A DNA stretch of 64,000 nt from Dissostichus eleginoides (taxonomy: Eukaryota), in assembly GCA_031216635.1 (NCBI GenBank), contig CM062274.1:26484913-26548912 (forward strand), read 5' to 3'. The translations under genes were made by a program, and so were the position numbers. This document shows, one piece after another, positions 35,607 through 48,312 of this stretch; position 1 is the first letter of the stretch, and the number at the start of each line of letters is the position of its first letter. Below the pieces are notes generated by a model. That model ran no database searches. It was not told the origin of the DNA and was given only the letters and a program-made list of their open reading frames with translations.

Positions 35607-35894
35607 AGGAGACATCTGATTGGCTATAGATAGAACAAAGTACAGTATACGAATCGGTCACCGTCAGGGGAGTCTCAAAAAACCCACACACGAATGCACA
35701 GCGATCCATGCACAGAAAGCGGGTTGTGTTTGCAGGTGCAGCGGTTTTAAACGGAAAACAAATATTTGTGGATCAAAAATACATATGTAAAACTTTTTTC
35801 TGTGTAAAACTTTTATTTACATGTATATGAGGAAACGGAACACATGCGACACAACTCTCTGAACAACACAACCCTCTGATGCGTGTGTTGGTAG

Positions 35895-36020
35895 CTTGGC
35901 ACGCAACTTCCCTGGAACCGTTGCTGCTTCCAGTGTTTCCTCCTGAAGTCTTTGATCACTACCCAGTCACCGGGCTTGAAGTGGTGTTGTGGCGCATCAG
36001 CTGGCGTCGGCAGTACGGCT
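35895..36020 (-). pseudogene. Retroviral/LTR integrase C-terminal remnant
   Basis: The minus ORF reads ...HHFKPGDWVVIKDFRRKHWKQQRFQGS (PGDxVxxK...R motif). A copy lies at 47570-47700. Confidence 0.4.
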
Positions 36021-36580
36021 TTCACCTGAGAGTGGATAGCTGAGAGGGAGACTGAAAGACTTATTCAGTAGTTCAACAAAAGGTAACTTAAATTGTCTCA
36101 ACTTTCAGAAACTACCATTACATTAACAGAATAATATTCTTTAAATCTGTGCCAATTCGTCTTGTGAGCCAGCTTTTCACACCAAAAGATATTTGTAGCT
36201 GCTTTCACAATGATGACATGTTATTCTCTTTTTATTAACCAGTAAAATAGATCTTTACAGGATCAGAATATTTTGAATATTATTAATCTTTCTGGCTCTG
36301 TAAGATTATATGTCTCTATTTAACACAATGGACATGATTATCACAATTGTTTCAGTCTTAAATCTCTATTGTCAATGTGCTTCGGCAATAGTATATGTTT
36401 TTAATATGGTCATATCAATAAAGTTAGTATTTCCTGATATTCTTTATATAAAATGATGTGTGATCTCCTCAAATAGATAAAGCATTTAGAAATTCAAACC
36501 AGCAACCACACTTTCCCCGGTCACATACTTCAGGATACTTGCTGCAGAGCTGACCTTCTAGGAAAGAGTTGGCATGAGCA

Positions 36581-39500
36581 ATGGAGGAAATATATGCCAA
36601 TGTTGACGATGTCATATCCCTAAGCTCAAGATCATCAACAATACAAGAAGGTAAGAGTGTCAGTTAGAGTGCACTGTGGATTTTGGATTTACTGTATTAC
36701 TCCCTGGTCTTCTCTGTGTTCAGGTCCCAGGAGATTTCCCCCAGCGTCTGTTCTCGGTCTGGGGCTGCTGGGTGTTTTCCTGCTGGCTGGACTCATCGGC
36801 CTCGCTGTCCACTGTGAGTCTTTCTTTTAATACGTTTAATAATGTCATTTTGAACGTGTGATTTTCAAGAGTAATATTCTGCTCTGAAAGATGCACATTT
36901 GACCAAAACATCTATAATTTTTCTACTTTTCTCCTCGGGCCAAGGTAGGAAAACATTGACTTTGGTTTGTGTCAGTATGATTGCATCAGGTAATTTAAGA
37001 AACATCTATTTTCATTTCAGACCATAATTCAGTAGGTGTTGCAGCTGAGCGTCTCCAGGCCAGAGATCAGCTGATCAACCACCTCAATGTAAACCTCACT
37101 GAGCGTCTCCAGGCCAGAGATCAGCTGATCAACCAGCTGAAGGCCAACCTCACTGAGCGTCTCCAGGCCAGAGATCAGCTGATCAACCAGCTGAAGGCCA
37201 ACCTCACTGAGCGTCTCCAGGCCAGAGATCAGCTGATCAACCAGCTGAATGTAAACCTCACTGAGCGTCTCCAGGCCAGAGATCAGCTGATCAACCAGCT
37301 GAAGGCCAACCTCACCGAAAAGACCAGAGAGGTGGACAGGCTTCAGAGTTTGATGGACAAGGGTGAGTGCTTCATGTGGGGTTTTTGCATAGGGCTCGGT
37401 ATGTGTAAGATATCAATTATCATAATATGTTTTACAAAATACCTCGATATTGATAGTCTAAGGCTGACTATTGATCCGTTCATAAAATAGTTACAGAATG
37501 ACACTTTTCATTAATGATAATTAAGAATTAGTTTTTAATGACTAAGTTGTGAGTGATTTAATTTATAGTTTGTTTTATTTTTCTTCACCCACCATATTTA
37601 TATTTCTCTGTAAACTATGCTTAAGGCCAGTTTCCTTGTCTAAATTACTTTTAATATAAGCAATAGGAAGAAGAACTTAGAGGTAGTTTGTTCCAGATAT
37701 TTGCAGCATAATAATAAAAAAGGATAACAAGGTTTCAATCCAATTTAGAACTGTTGCCGAAAGTCAGACCCAGTTTTCCAGTCGGTCTAGAAACTAACAC
37801 CGAGATGTTGCCACTGTCTGTGTTTAAGTGGATGTCATTGAAGACTTTAGCAAGATCAGTCTCAGTGCTGTGGTGCCTGACTAGATCACATCGAAACAGT
37901 TATTTAAATCCCAAAAAAAGAAGTAGTTGCTCTGCAATGAAATTTGTGATCTCTTTTGATCCCTCTAAAAATGCTTAATGAATATGTTTTTTCATTTTTA
38001 TTACAAAAGTGACATATAATGCACTCAAGAGTTCCATATTCCAGCAGTTAAAGCAGTAAATCAACAAGATCTTAACACTTTTACAGAGAAAACGTGTCCT
38101 GCAGGATGGAGGAAGTTTGGTTGTTCCTGTTATCTCCTCTCTACTGAGAAAGCTTCTTGGGAACAAAGCAGAGACAACTGCAGAGCCAGAGGAGCAGATC
38201 TGGTGATCGTAGACAGTTATGAAGAACAGGTAATGTGTGCTGCTTTAACACTTGTGATTGTATAACTCCCTGCTTTTATCAATCAATAATGTTTTTATTG
38301 TACATATAGTAGCACATTTGCGTATAAGCTATAATGATTATGTTACAACAATGGTGTTAATTACATATTTCTGAGCTAATAAAAAGGGAATAGTATGCTG
38401 AATGTTGATGTCCATCCCTGTAAACTGCATTTGTGAACAGGAATTCATCACCAGCATGATCAAGGAACAAACTTGGATTGGTTTGAATGACACAAACCAA
38501 GAAGGGACCTGGAAATGGGTCGATGGAGCTCCACTGACTCTGAAGTAAGGCATACAGAACATATTCATATATTTTGGAGTAGCTGCATCCTACTGATGTA
38601 TATCGGTGTTTTTTTTATGACTGTCCAAACATTTATTAATTATTATCAATTTCAGAATTAACTAACATTTTAACATTCATTGCAAATGAAGCTAATAATC
38701 TAAAGACATGCATACACACACATCTAGAGATGTGCAAAGAGGATAACATTTTTGGATATTGGGTAAAAAATGAATTCAATTTTAATTTTAATGTGCCATT
38801 ATTCAATGTCCCTTTTTGCATAATACACTAGAAACCCAGGTAGAAAAAATAACAATTCAAAGCAGTTAGTTAACTTTAAAGACATAACAATTAAGATACT
38901 GCCACAAATAAGCTGAAAGGCACAGTTATAGGTGTTAAAGTGTGTATGTATTTTAACGAGAGGTGTGATGAAAAAGGTGGAAAGAATAGTTTAGTAATCT
39001 TGGTTCGAGTTGAGAAGCTGCTGATCATAACCATAACCATTGAAAGTTCAAATTATTTCAACAACTCTTTTCATAAAGATCTCTTCTACATTTTGTGGTA
39101 TCAAAAGAGAATAATTAAACCAGTGCCACTTTGAGAATAGAATGAGAAATGGTAAAGCGTCTTTCTTTTCTTGAAACAGCAATTCGCCCTAAAATAGAGG
39201 AAAGGCGATGAAAGTAAATGAGAAGATTTCGCAAGAAAAAGGGTTGAGCTGAGGGTGTGAATGTGTGGTAGGCTATAAGCGGTGGGTTTTTAAATAGGGA
39301 AATACATAAAGCAGCTTTTATGTGTTGGCCACATGTGGCAGCTGTTTTTTAACCTAAATTGGCATGGCCTTTAGTGTGTTAATGTGTCCGAATGTTGTCT
39401 TTCGCTATGTGTTTTAATAGGTAAATGCTATATATGAAATGTATATGAAAAGCAATCTAAAGCAGAACGCATTACATCTATCACATTTGGGGGGACCTGA

Positions 39501-39672
39501 AAATGAACTTTCCTATTACCTGCTAGGTACTGGGGATCGACCCTTGATAATGGTGGTCTAACGTTGGGTGAAGAGGACTGTGCAAGTCTTGTATGGAAGG
39601 GAAACCAGAACAAACTGGAATGATCTGCGGTGTGCTACCCGTCTGCAATGGATCTGTGAAAAAATGGCTTAA
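36581..39672 (+). pseudogene. CD209-like C-type lectin, gene 4 (type B) with an expanded neck (five 18-aa repeats) and a 2-nt deletion frameshift in the terminal CRD exon
   Basis: Exons are 36581-36650 (MEEIYANVDDVISLSSRSSTIQEG; an out-of-frame uATG lies 7 nt upstream), 36724-36813 (TM: [30 protein letters not shown]), 37021-37362 (neck, 342 nt: [18 protein letters not shown] x5), 38087-38229, 38441-38544 and 39527-39672. Exon 6 reads YWGSTLDNGGLTLGEEDCASLVWKGNQNKLE*: tacctgg has become tatgg relative to gene 3, which gives a premature stop before WND/Cys. Confidence 0.7.
37040..37320 (+). repeat. Coding 54-bp VNTR (neck-repeat minisatellite) inside lectin exon 3
   Basis: aacctcactgagcgtctccaggccagagatcagctgatcaaccagctgaaggcc is repeated 5 times here. 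Gene 3 (26171-26350) and gene 6 (54780-54959) have 2 copies; gene 2 has 1; genes 1 and 5 have 1-2 variant copies. Each unit carries an N-glycosylation sequon NLT. Confidence 0.9.
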
Positions 39673-41917
39673 CTTGTGGCTGTGAGGCAGTGGGTTTGTC
39701 TTCAAATAGGAAGGCTGTGGGTTCAACCCCAGCTCCTGCCATCAACATGTCAATGTAGCCCACTTAACCCAAATTGTTCTCTTGGCCAATGTTTGAATGT
39801 TATGTGCTGTTTACACGATAACGCAAAAGGTTGTATCCGCAACTTTTCTCTTTCGTTTAGCCCGTTCGTTCACACGAGGCCGTAACGGAAACGTGGAAAC
39901 GGACCCCGCAAACGATAACGGGTCCCAAGGTGGATAGATCTGCAACCGGAACGCTCTGAGGGGGCAAACGGCTCTGTGTGTACGCCCTATACGATAATTT
40001 TCCTGATAATGATGAGCCATAGCCCCACCTCTCCCCACCTCTGCTGCTCACTGCTGTAGCATGGTCAGTAGCTACTGTCAGTAGCTACTGCTACTGACCA
40101 TGCTACAGATGTTAGTGCACAATCTACAGCTCGACCATGCTACAGATCAGATGTTAGTGCAAAATCTACAGCTCCTCTACCACAACCACCAGCAACAAGT
40201 GGACATGGAGAATTACATGAACTACATGTTGCTAAATCCACCGCGGGGCATAAACAGAAGGGCAACCATGCTCGGGGTCTTCTTCGCTGCTTTTGGTGTA
40301 TTTTGTGGCGGAAGTTACTACGCCACTTACAGGCCCGGCATATGTACTACAGCGTTTCCAGTGGTCTCGTGCAGAAGTACAGCGCCACTTACAGGCCCGG
40401 CATATGTACTACAGCGTTTCCAGTGGTCTCGTGTGAACGTACACGTTAAATGAGCCGAATGCGTGTGAACGGAAGACTTTTTTGAAAATGAATTAGGTGC
40501 GTAAACGCAAACGTTCCCGTGTAAATGGGGTCTTAGCTTCCTTACCCCTCCTATTGTCTTCGTTTTCCCCCCCTTACTTTGGTCTTCGCAGTCAAATTTG
40601 ACCGGTCCTGTTTTAACTGCTATTACATTAACACAAAAATCATTAATCATCACCAAATTTCATTTAACACCCTTTCAAACTGTAAATATTGTATCAGACT
40701 ACTGGTATACATGAAAAACTGCAATAAATATACAAAGAATAGACACTGAACATGTATTGCGTGTGCCAGGTGTGATCCATGTGGGGGGATGGGCCCATAA
40801 GAGCGGGAAATGTATCAAATTGTTCTGTGTGTGTGTGTGTGTGTGTGTGTTTATGTGTGCCAGGTGTGATTTGCATGGGGGGATGGGCACATAAAGGGGG
40901 GGGAACACATCTAGAGTATGTGTGTGTGTGTGTGGGTGTTTGTGTGTGTGTTTTTTATCTGATCCGGATGGTTACTAATTCCTTTTCTTTATGGCGGTCA
41001 TTTTTGACCGGGAACACCAAAATTCGATGAAAGTGGTGATCAGCAATTGTATATGTTCAAATGTCTACTGTGAAGGATATCATAAAGCCTTAATGCAATC
41101 GAATGTAAAACAAAAAAGTTATGATTGATGAAAGTAGTAAATCGTCAGATTTGACCCGAAGACAACAGGAGGGTTAAGCAGCTGGCACTTTCTTTGGCTG
41201 CCCCTGCGTATGAATATGTGTGAATGCTAGATATATATACAGTATGCTTTAACGAGTTATAAAGACTGGATAAGCGCTATATAAAATGCAGTCAATCACC
41301 AATACATTTGTTAATACTTTTACACTTTACACTTGTTTTACGCATTTAAAAGTGTTATTGTATGTGCAATACTGTATGGAGAGAGAAAGAGAGTCTATAT
41401 CAACAAGTGAGGTCAGGAATGAAGATATTGGTTAAGTTTTGGCCAAATTTGACTGCTTGTTACTGGGAATATTAACCATGGGAAATTAGGATGTTTAGCA
41501 TGTTTTATACGTGCTCATGACCATCATATGCAATTAAAGAAAGCTACTTATTGTACTGCTTCTATCCTATGAAATAATAAAGATTGTCCTGAAATGCACT
41601 TTATTTTTAGGATAATAAAGGTGACTTTAGCTGTTTCAATCACAAGTTCATCTTTGTATTTTGTGCCTCTGTGACATGTCTCCATGCTTTAATGTTCAAA
41701 AAGCTCTTTATTTTTCTCATACTGCCTGTCTGAAACCAGAGCCCAGTCTGCTCTGATTGGTTAGCTGGCCGGCTCTGTTGTGATTGGTCAACTGCTTAGA
41801 GATGTCCCGCCCCTTAACCTATCACGTTCATTGTGTTGGAGCGGTAGCAATACGAGTGTAACACAGTGATGTGACAATGTTCTGAATGTAAACAAAGGAG
41901 TCCAATGGAGGTGTTTT

Positions 41918-42655
41918 AAGGCAGGGGGGGGGGGGGGGGATTTTAGCCTTTGTGACAATTTACATGCACAAAAACCTTTATAACACTGTGAGCACCTCAG
42001 CTCACACACAGGTTAAAAACAGGACGGAAGGTTTGGGTGGAAGAACAGAGTTTATTGTCCAACACAAAAATCAGAGTTCCACTCCAGGAAACAGGGCAGC
42101 CGGGAGACTTCCTCTCAGGACCCAGTCTACTGCAAGACAGACCAGAACCAGGTTACCACATGCTTTTATTGAGTGACTGACTACCTGATTCTGATCAGCT
42201 GTCTGGTCTCCGGCCAAGCTACTCCCATCATTCCAGCAGGCGGCGCCCTAACCACACCCCGCCGCCACAAACACACTAGGGAAGTGAAAACCCCAAAAAG
42301 CATAACAGGGCCCCTTTTAGACTTGAATTGGTGGATGGGTTTTGTACAGGATATTTTCACTCACTCTGAAACTTGTAACTTCCTATTTAAAAAAATAAGA
42401 GAAATGTAACCAAAAGACATGACATTTTTACTACTGTGAAAAGAACCTTTCTGCACAATGGATGAATTGTACGTACTGTACTACTAATATACCAAGTAGT
42501 TTAAAAGGAAGGATAGATATTCAATTCAATCTTTATTTCAGACTCAAGGTCCATATCACATACAAAATACACAACAATAAATAAGATTAAAAAGCTAAAC
42601 AAAAAAACAGATGAAAAAGATAAGATCAGTCCAATTACGGCTAGCCACACATGCT
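41918..42655. repeat. Roughly 720-bp insertion in duplicate unit 2, preceded by a G(22) homopolymer; absent from the unit-1 equivalent near 30930
   Basis: Copy 1 reads ggcagggggggactaaggcactgtctgtagagg. Copy 2 reads ggcag(g)22attttagcc...[insert]...cactgtctgtagagg. The insert, about 42290-42520, matches the repeat at 15760-15990 and 24610-24840. Confidence 0.7.
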
Positions 42656-45600
42656 CACTGTCTGTAGAGGCTGCTGCGCCAATGTCTCCAAATCATGGAA
42701 GAGAACCGAGTAGAACTCTTCAAAGGGTTAATTAAAATCGAGATAACATGATTGTCTGACTCCTCTAGGCGACACATGAATTTGTACATTACATTTCTTA
42801 AAAGGGCTTGACAGGTACCCCCACGTTAACAAACAGCTGGCTGGCACTGTGCCATCCTGGTACCCTCACCAGCAACCGTATAGCATCATTGTATGCAATT
42901 TTAGTTTTTGCATGCTGCTAGCCTTGTAGTTACTCCACAGGTGAGCCGTGTACAATGGTGTACAGAAAGCTTTAAAAAGTGATACCTTGACATCTACAGA
43001 GCACTTGTGAAATGTCCGCATTAATATGTTTGCCTGGGCATACAGTTTGCAGCGTTGTCTATGGATGTCTTTGTCATCTGTGAGATCATCAGAGATATAA
43101 TGACCAAGGTACTTAATCTCACTGCACACAAGAAGAATGTTGCTACTGAGAATAAAATTAGGAAATACAGCCTTTTTATCCTCTTTACTTCGCACAATCA
43201 TGATGCTACTCTTCTTGGCATTATACTTAATATTAAAATCAATGCCATACTGGGAACAAATCCGAACAGAAGCTGTTGTAAGCCTGCACTGTACGGGGAA
43301 AAGATGATTAAATCATCTGCGTACATAAGGTGGTTGACAACAGTATCACCGATGACACTGCCAGTTTTACACAAGTTCAGTTTCCTAGACGGATCATCAA
43401 TGTACAGATTAAACAACAAAGGAGATCAAATCCCACCTTGCTTGACCCCATTACCAACATAAACATTTTCAGACACAGTATTGCCCCACTTCACCTGCAT
43501 AGTCTGATGTGCATACTAAAAGCCTAAGATCCTTATTATGTACTTGGGTACCCCTCTTTGGCACATTTTTTCAAATGATTTGAAATGATTCAGTCTATCA
43601 AATGCCCTAGAAGCATCAATAAAATACAGAAACATGGTGGAATTTTGGCTTCTATATTTTGCTATAATGTCTTTTAAAGCAAAAATACACATATCTGTGC
43701 TGTGTTTTCTTTTAAAACCAAACTGGTTGTCAGCTGTGGTAATATACCTTTCCAGCTTATCCAACATAATTTTCTCCAGCACTTTGGAGAGAATGCTAGC
43801 TAAAGCAATAGGTCTGTAATTATCAATGCCATTAATTTTCCCAGCTTTATCCTTGATGACTGGCACAAGTAGCACAGATAACATGGAAACTGGTAAGACA
43901 CCAGGAAACCAGTAAGACACAGAGCAAGAAGAGGAGCAAGCTTAAGACTGGCATCTTTTAAGTGTTCAGCTGAGATGACATATGACAAGCATGATCATTT
44001 CTGACGTGGAGCTAATCTAAACTAAACATTGAATACTGCTTTATATTCCTCCATCTTGTGACTGTGTAACTCCCTCTCTTGTATATCAGCATGTGAAGGA
44101 CACTGTTCAGGAACTAATTGTACCAAATGCTCTGTATGTGATGACTACTTCCATTCTTGCAAGGATAATAAATACATGTATCCTGATTATTGAAGCTCAA
44201 GCCGGTGAAGAGTGATATTTTCCTAACAATTAGCATGAAAACACCTACCACAAACTCAGAGTGAGTGTTGGGGGTGCGGCAGAACCCGTGCACGCTGTCG
44301 TATCCCTCCGGAACCTCGGTCAGGTTGAGGTCTTTCTTATGGACGTCAGTGCACTGACCCAACGCCACATCACACACCAACAGCAGCCGAGAGCCGTCTG
44401 TCTCGCTGGGCTTGGAGTATTTCAAACTGGTGATGTGGATAAGGAGAGTGGAAAACAGTCTCACTACAGATGAGTGTGTTGTTGCCATCTGGTTCCCCAT
44501 AGGATGAAATGAGGATCAAAGACTCATTAGAAAAGCACCTTTTAGATCAGGGGTGTCCAAACTACGTCCCGGGGGCCAAATGCGGCGCGAGGATTTTGAC
44601 TATGGGTGAATTCTGGGGGGGCTTGTGTGGTGATTGACATTATTCACCCACGGAACTATGGGTTTGGGTATTGTTCCGCACGGACATTTGAGTTATACGG
44701 ACTTCCTGTTTACCCCGGTCTTGCTTCCCGGGCTTGAAGCTGTTGACATGTTGTTCAGATGCTAAATAAAAGTCTAGCTTGTACCTTTGATACCCCGCCT
44801 CCGACTCCCGTCTCTCGGCACTACAATACTTAAGAAATTGCTGGATATCACAGTCCTTATACTGTATCTTATCAGTTTGATTGAGTATTATTGTGTAGGT
44901 CCTTTTTATTTTACTGTTACTTTGGATGTGTTTCTAATGAGTCAGTCAAATTAATTTATTTTCATATGCCATATTCATATGTATCACACACGTAAGGGTA
45001 AGACACAAACCTATTTAACAAATGCAATGCAATGGATAAGCTTAATTTTCACTGAAGTCACAGATAACGTCATATCTAATATTTAAACAAATCATTTCCT
45101 TGTCACTAAAGCATTGACTACGCTATTCATCGTCCTTAAATGCAGGCTCTAAGTTACATGTTCCGTTCTACAGCCACAATAAGGCTGTTTCTCAAGTGTG
45201 ATGATAATAAAATGAAAAGAGGCATTGGTAATATTATTAAAAACAACAATGTTTGGGTCGTTCTTCGGATAGGCGGTTAGCTGCAATAAATAACTCCAGT
45301 TCAACAAACCATATTACAATATCTAAGGGAGCGTTATTTCTGGACCATCTTGAAATGTGACGTTCATATTTTAAAGATACACACATTTTATTGTGAGGTT
45401 GATTTAAAATACACTAAGCCTCTCTTCAACAATACGTTGACGTTAGCTAGTCTATTTTATGCCATAGTAGAGCATAGCGAATTTAAATGAACCTTAACAA
45501 TGCATACAGTAACCTAACTAGCAAACTAACTATCTAACGTACAAGGAAGACCTTATTTTACCAACCTCACACAGAAGCCTTTTGGTATACAGTAGCATCC

Positions 45601-48312
45601 CACTTAATTTTTACACTTCTCTATTACGTTTAACTTGGATGCTACGCATAGCATCGTTAGCACAGATGGAGCTACGATTGCTCAAATGCTAACCCAACTC
45701 TAAACATTCATTAACATTAGCTAAATAAAAACACCAGTAACATAACATAAAGAACGCAGGGTTGACTTACCGAAGACACTGCATTCATGGACGGTCTGTT
45801 TTAACTGCAGATAAATCCTATATTTGCATGACGAATAGTCCACCAGGAGCCAACACAACAAACACGGCCGAGTTCAAGTAGTGTTCTCCGCATGAGCTGA
45901 GCCCCTGTAGCATCACGGAGCTAATGGAGCTAACGGAGCTAACGGAGCTAGCAGTGAGACAGAGGAGCTAGGAGCAGCAGTCCCGTTGTCATGAAGGGGG
46001 AATCTAACTATATACAGAATATGCTTTTTTGGATCCAGGCTAGAAACATGTTCATTTTCTGATGTTAAGTTGGACATTTTAACATAGGGTCTACGGGAAT
46101 TGCTCCCATCTGCATCCATCGCCTACAGTTTGCAGCATTGGGCTTCTCACCGCACATTCCCGGAGTTCGCCGCTTGGCTCTGATAGGCCAGAAGTCGGTT
46201 TGATTGCATTCGGGCTCGATTGCTTATCCTGTCTGGGTAGCCCGGTTGATACTGCATCGACATTTTTGACATCGAATTTTAAACACCGAAATTGTCCATT
46301 CAAATTGTTTTCACTTGAATTTTTGGGATCTGAATTTGACCATTCGAATTGTTTTCACTTGAATTGTTACATTTTTATTTCACATGGGTAAATTCGGAGC
46401 AAAAAAAATCAGATACATGATTTTCAAAGTAATTATTTTCAATGCTATAAATTCGGTGTCTGATAAAATTCAAATACTTCTGTCTCTTGTTTGCTTCCAT
46501 AGTTGCACGGCGAGATACGGCTCGAGAAGCTGACTCAGATGAATGAGGCGAGTAAACACAGCTGACAGCCGCCGTCAAACTTGAGCGATTATTCAATCGC
46601 GTCTGTCGTGAACGCACCATTATTACAAGTATTATATAATTACAAAATAAAATTGCCACTCTCAGTACAGCGCCACTTTCCGAACAGGAAATGCACGCAA
46701 ATACAATCTTTTATATTATTATTATTATTAATAATATATATAAATAAAGACATATTGTATTTTAGTTATACCCGCTATTGATTCATTTAGTCAACATTGG
46801 ACCTTGAAACTGTCCACATAGCTATAGTGAAATAATATAATAGAAAACATTAAGCCTCTTTGATTTAATAATCGGAGCTGAAACCTCTCTGCAATCTCAT
46901 ATAATACTAACTTCCTTATTTATCTTTGAATAATAATAACATAAAAATAAAGACGACTACACTACGGTCCTTCGGTCCTGATATTAGTGCCTGCAGGCAG
47001 GCTCCATGGGCCTGTCAGCTCTGGACAGCGCAAAATGCGTATATGAAGTGCTACGTCATGAACGCAATAAATCATACCCTCGTGGGGGCGAGCTCATGTG
47101 ATTGGCTTAGAATGGGGAGGCTGTGGCGCAGTGGGCTAGTGCGTTGGTGTTCGCGCCAGGGGGTCACAGGTTCAAACCCCACTGCACTCAGCATGTCATT
47201 GTGTCCCTGGGCAAGACACTTCACCCCAAATTGCTCCTGTGGGGATTGTCCACAGTATTGAGTATGTAAGTCGCTTTGGATAAAAGCGTCTAACAAGTAA
47301 CATGTAATGTAATGGAGGAGACATCTGATTGGCTATAGATAGAACAAAGTACAGTATACGAATCGGTTCACCGTCAGGGGAGTCTCAAAAAACCCACACA
47401 CGAATGCACAGCGATCCATGCACAGAAAGCGGGTTGTGTTTGCAGGTGCAGCGGTTTTAAACGGAAAACAAATATTTGTGGATCAAAAATACATATGTAA
47501 AACTTTTATTTACATGTAGCCTATATGAGGAAACGGAACACATGCGACACAACTCTCTGAACAACACAACCCTCTGATGCGTGTGTTGGTAGCTTGGCAC
47601 GCAACTTCCCTGGAACCGTTGCTGCTTCCAGTGTTTCCTCCTGAAGTCTTTGATCACTACCCAGTCACCGGGCTTGAAGTGGTGTTGTGGCGCATCAGCT
47701 GGCGTCGGCAGTATGGCTTTCACCTGAGAGTGGATAGCTGAGAGGGAGACTGAAAGACTTATTCAGTAGTTCAACAAAAGGTAACTTAAATTGTCTCAAC
47801 TTTCAGAAACTAACATTACATTAACAGAATAATATTCTTTAAATCTGTGCCATTTCGTCTTGTGCCTTGTGCCATCAAGAGAGCCAGCTTTTCACGGCAA
47901 AACATATTTGTAGCTGCTTTCACAATGATGACATGCTATTCTCTTTTTATTAACCAGCAAAATAGATCTTTACAGGATCAGAATATTTTGAATATTATTA
48001 ATCTTTATGGCTTTGTAAGATTATATGTCTCTATTTAACACAATGGACATGATTATCACACTTGTTTCAGTCTTAAATCTGTATTGTCACTGTGCTTTTT
48101 AATATTGTCACATCAATAAAGTTAGTATTTCCTGATCTTCTTCTTTTTTTTTTATATATAAAATGATGTGTGACTTCCCCAAATGATGTGTGACTTCCTA
48201 AAAAAAAGGTAAAGCATTTAGAAATTCAAACCAGCAACCACACTTTCCCCGGTCACATACTTCAGGATACTTGCTGCAGAGCTGACCTTCTAGGAAAGAG
48301 TTGGCATGAGCA

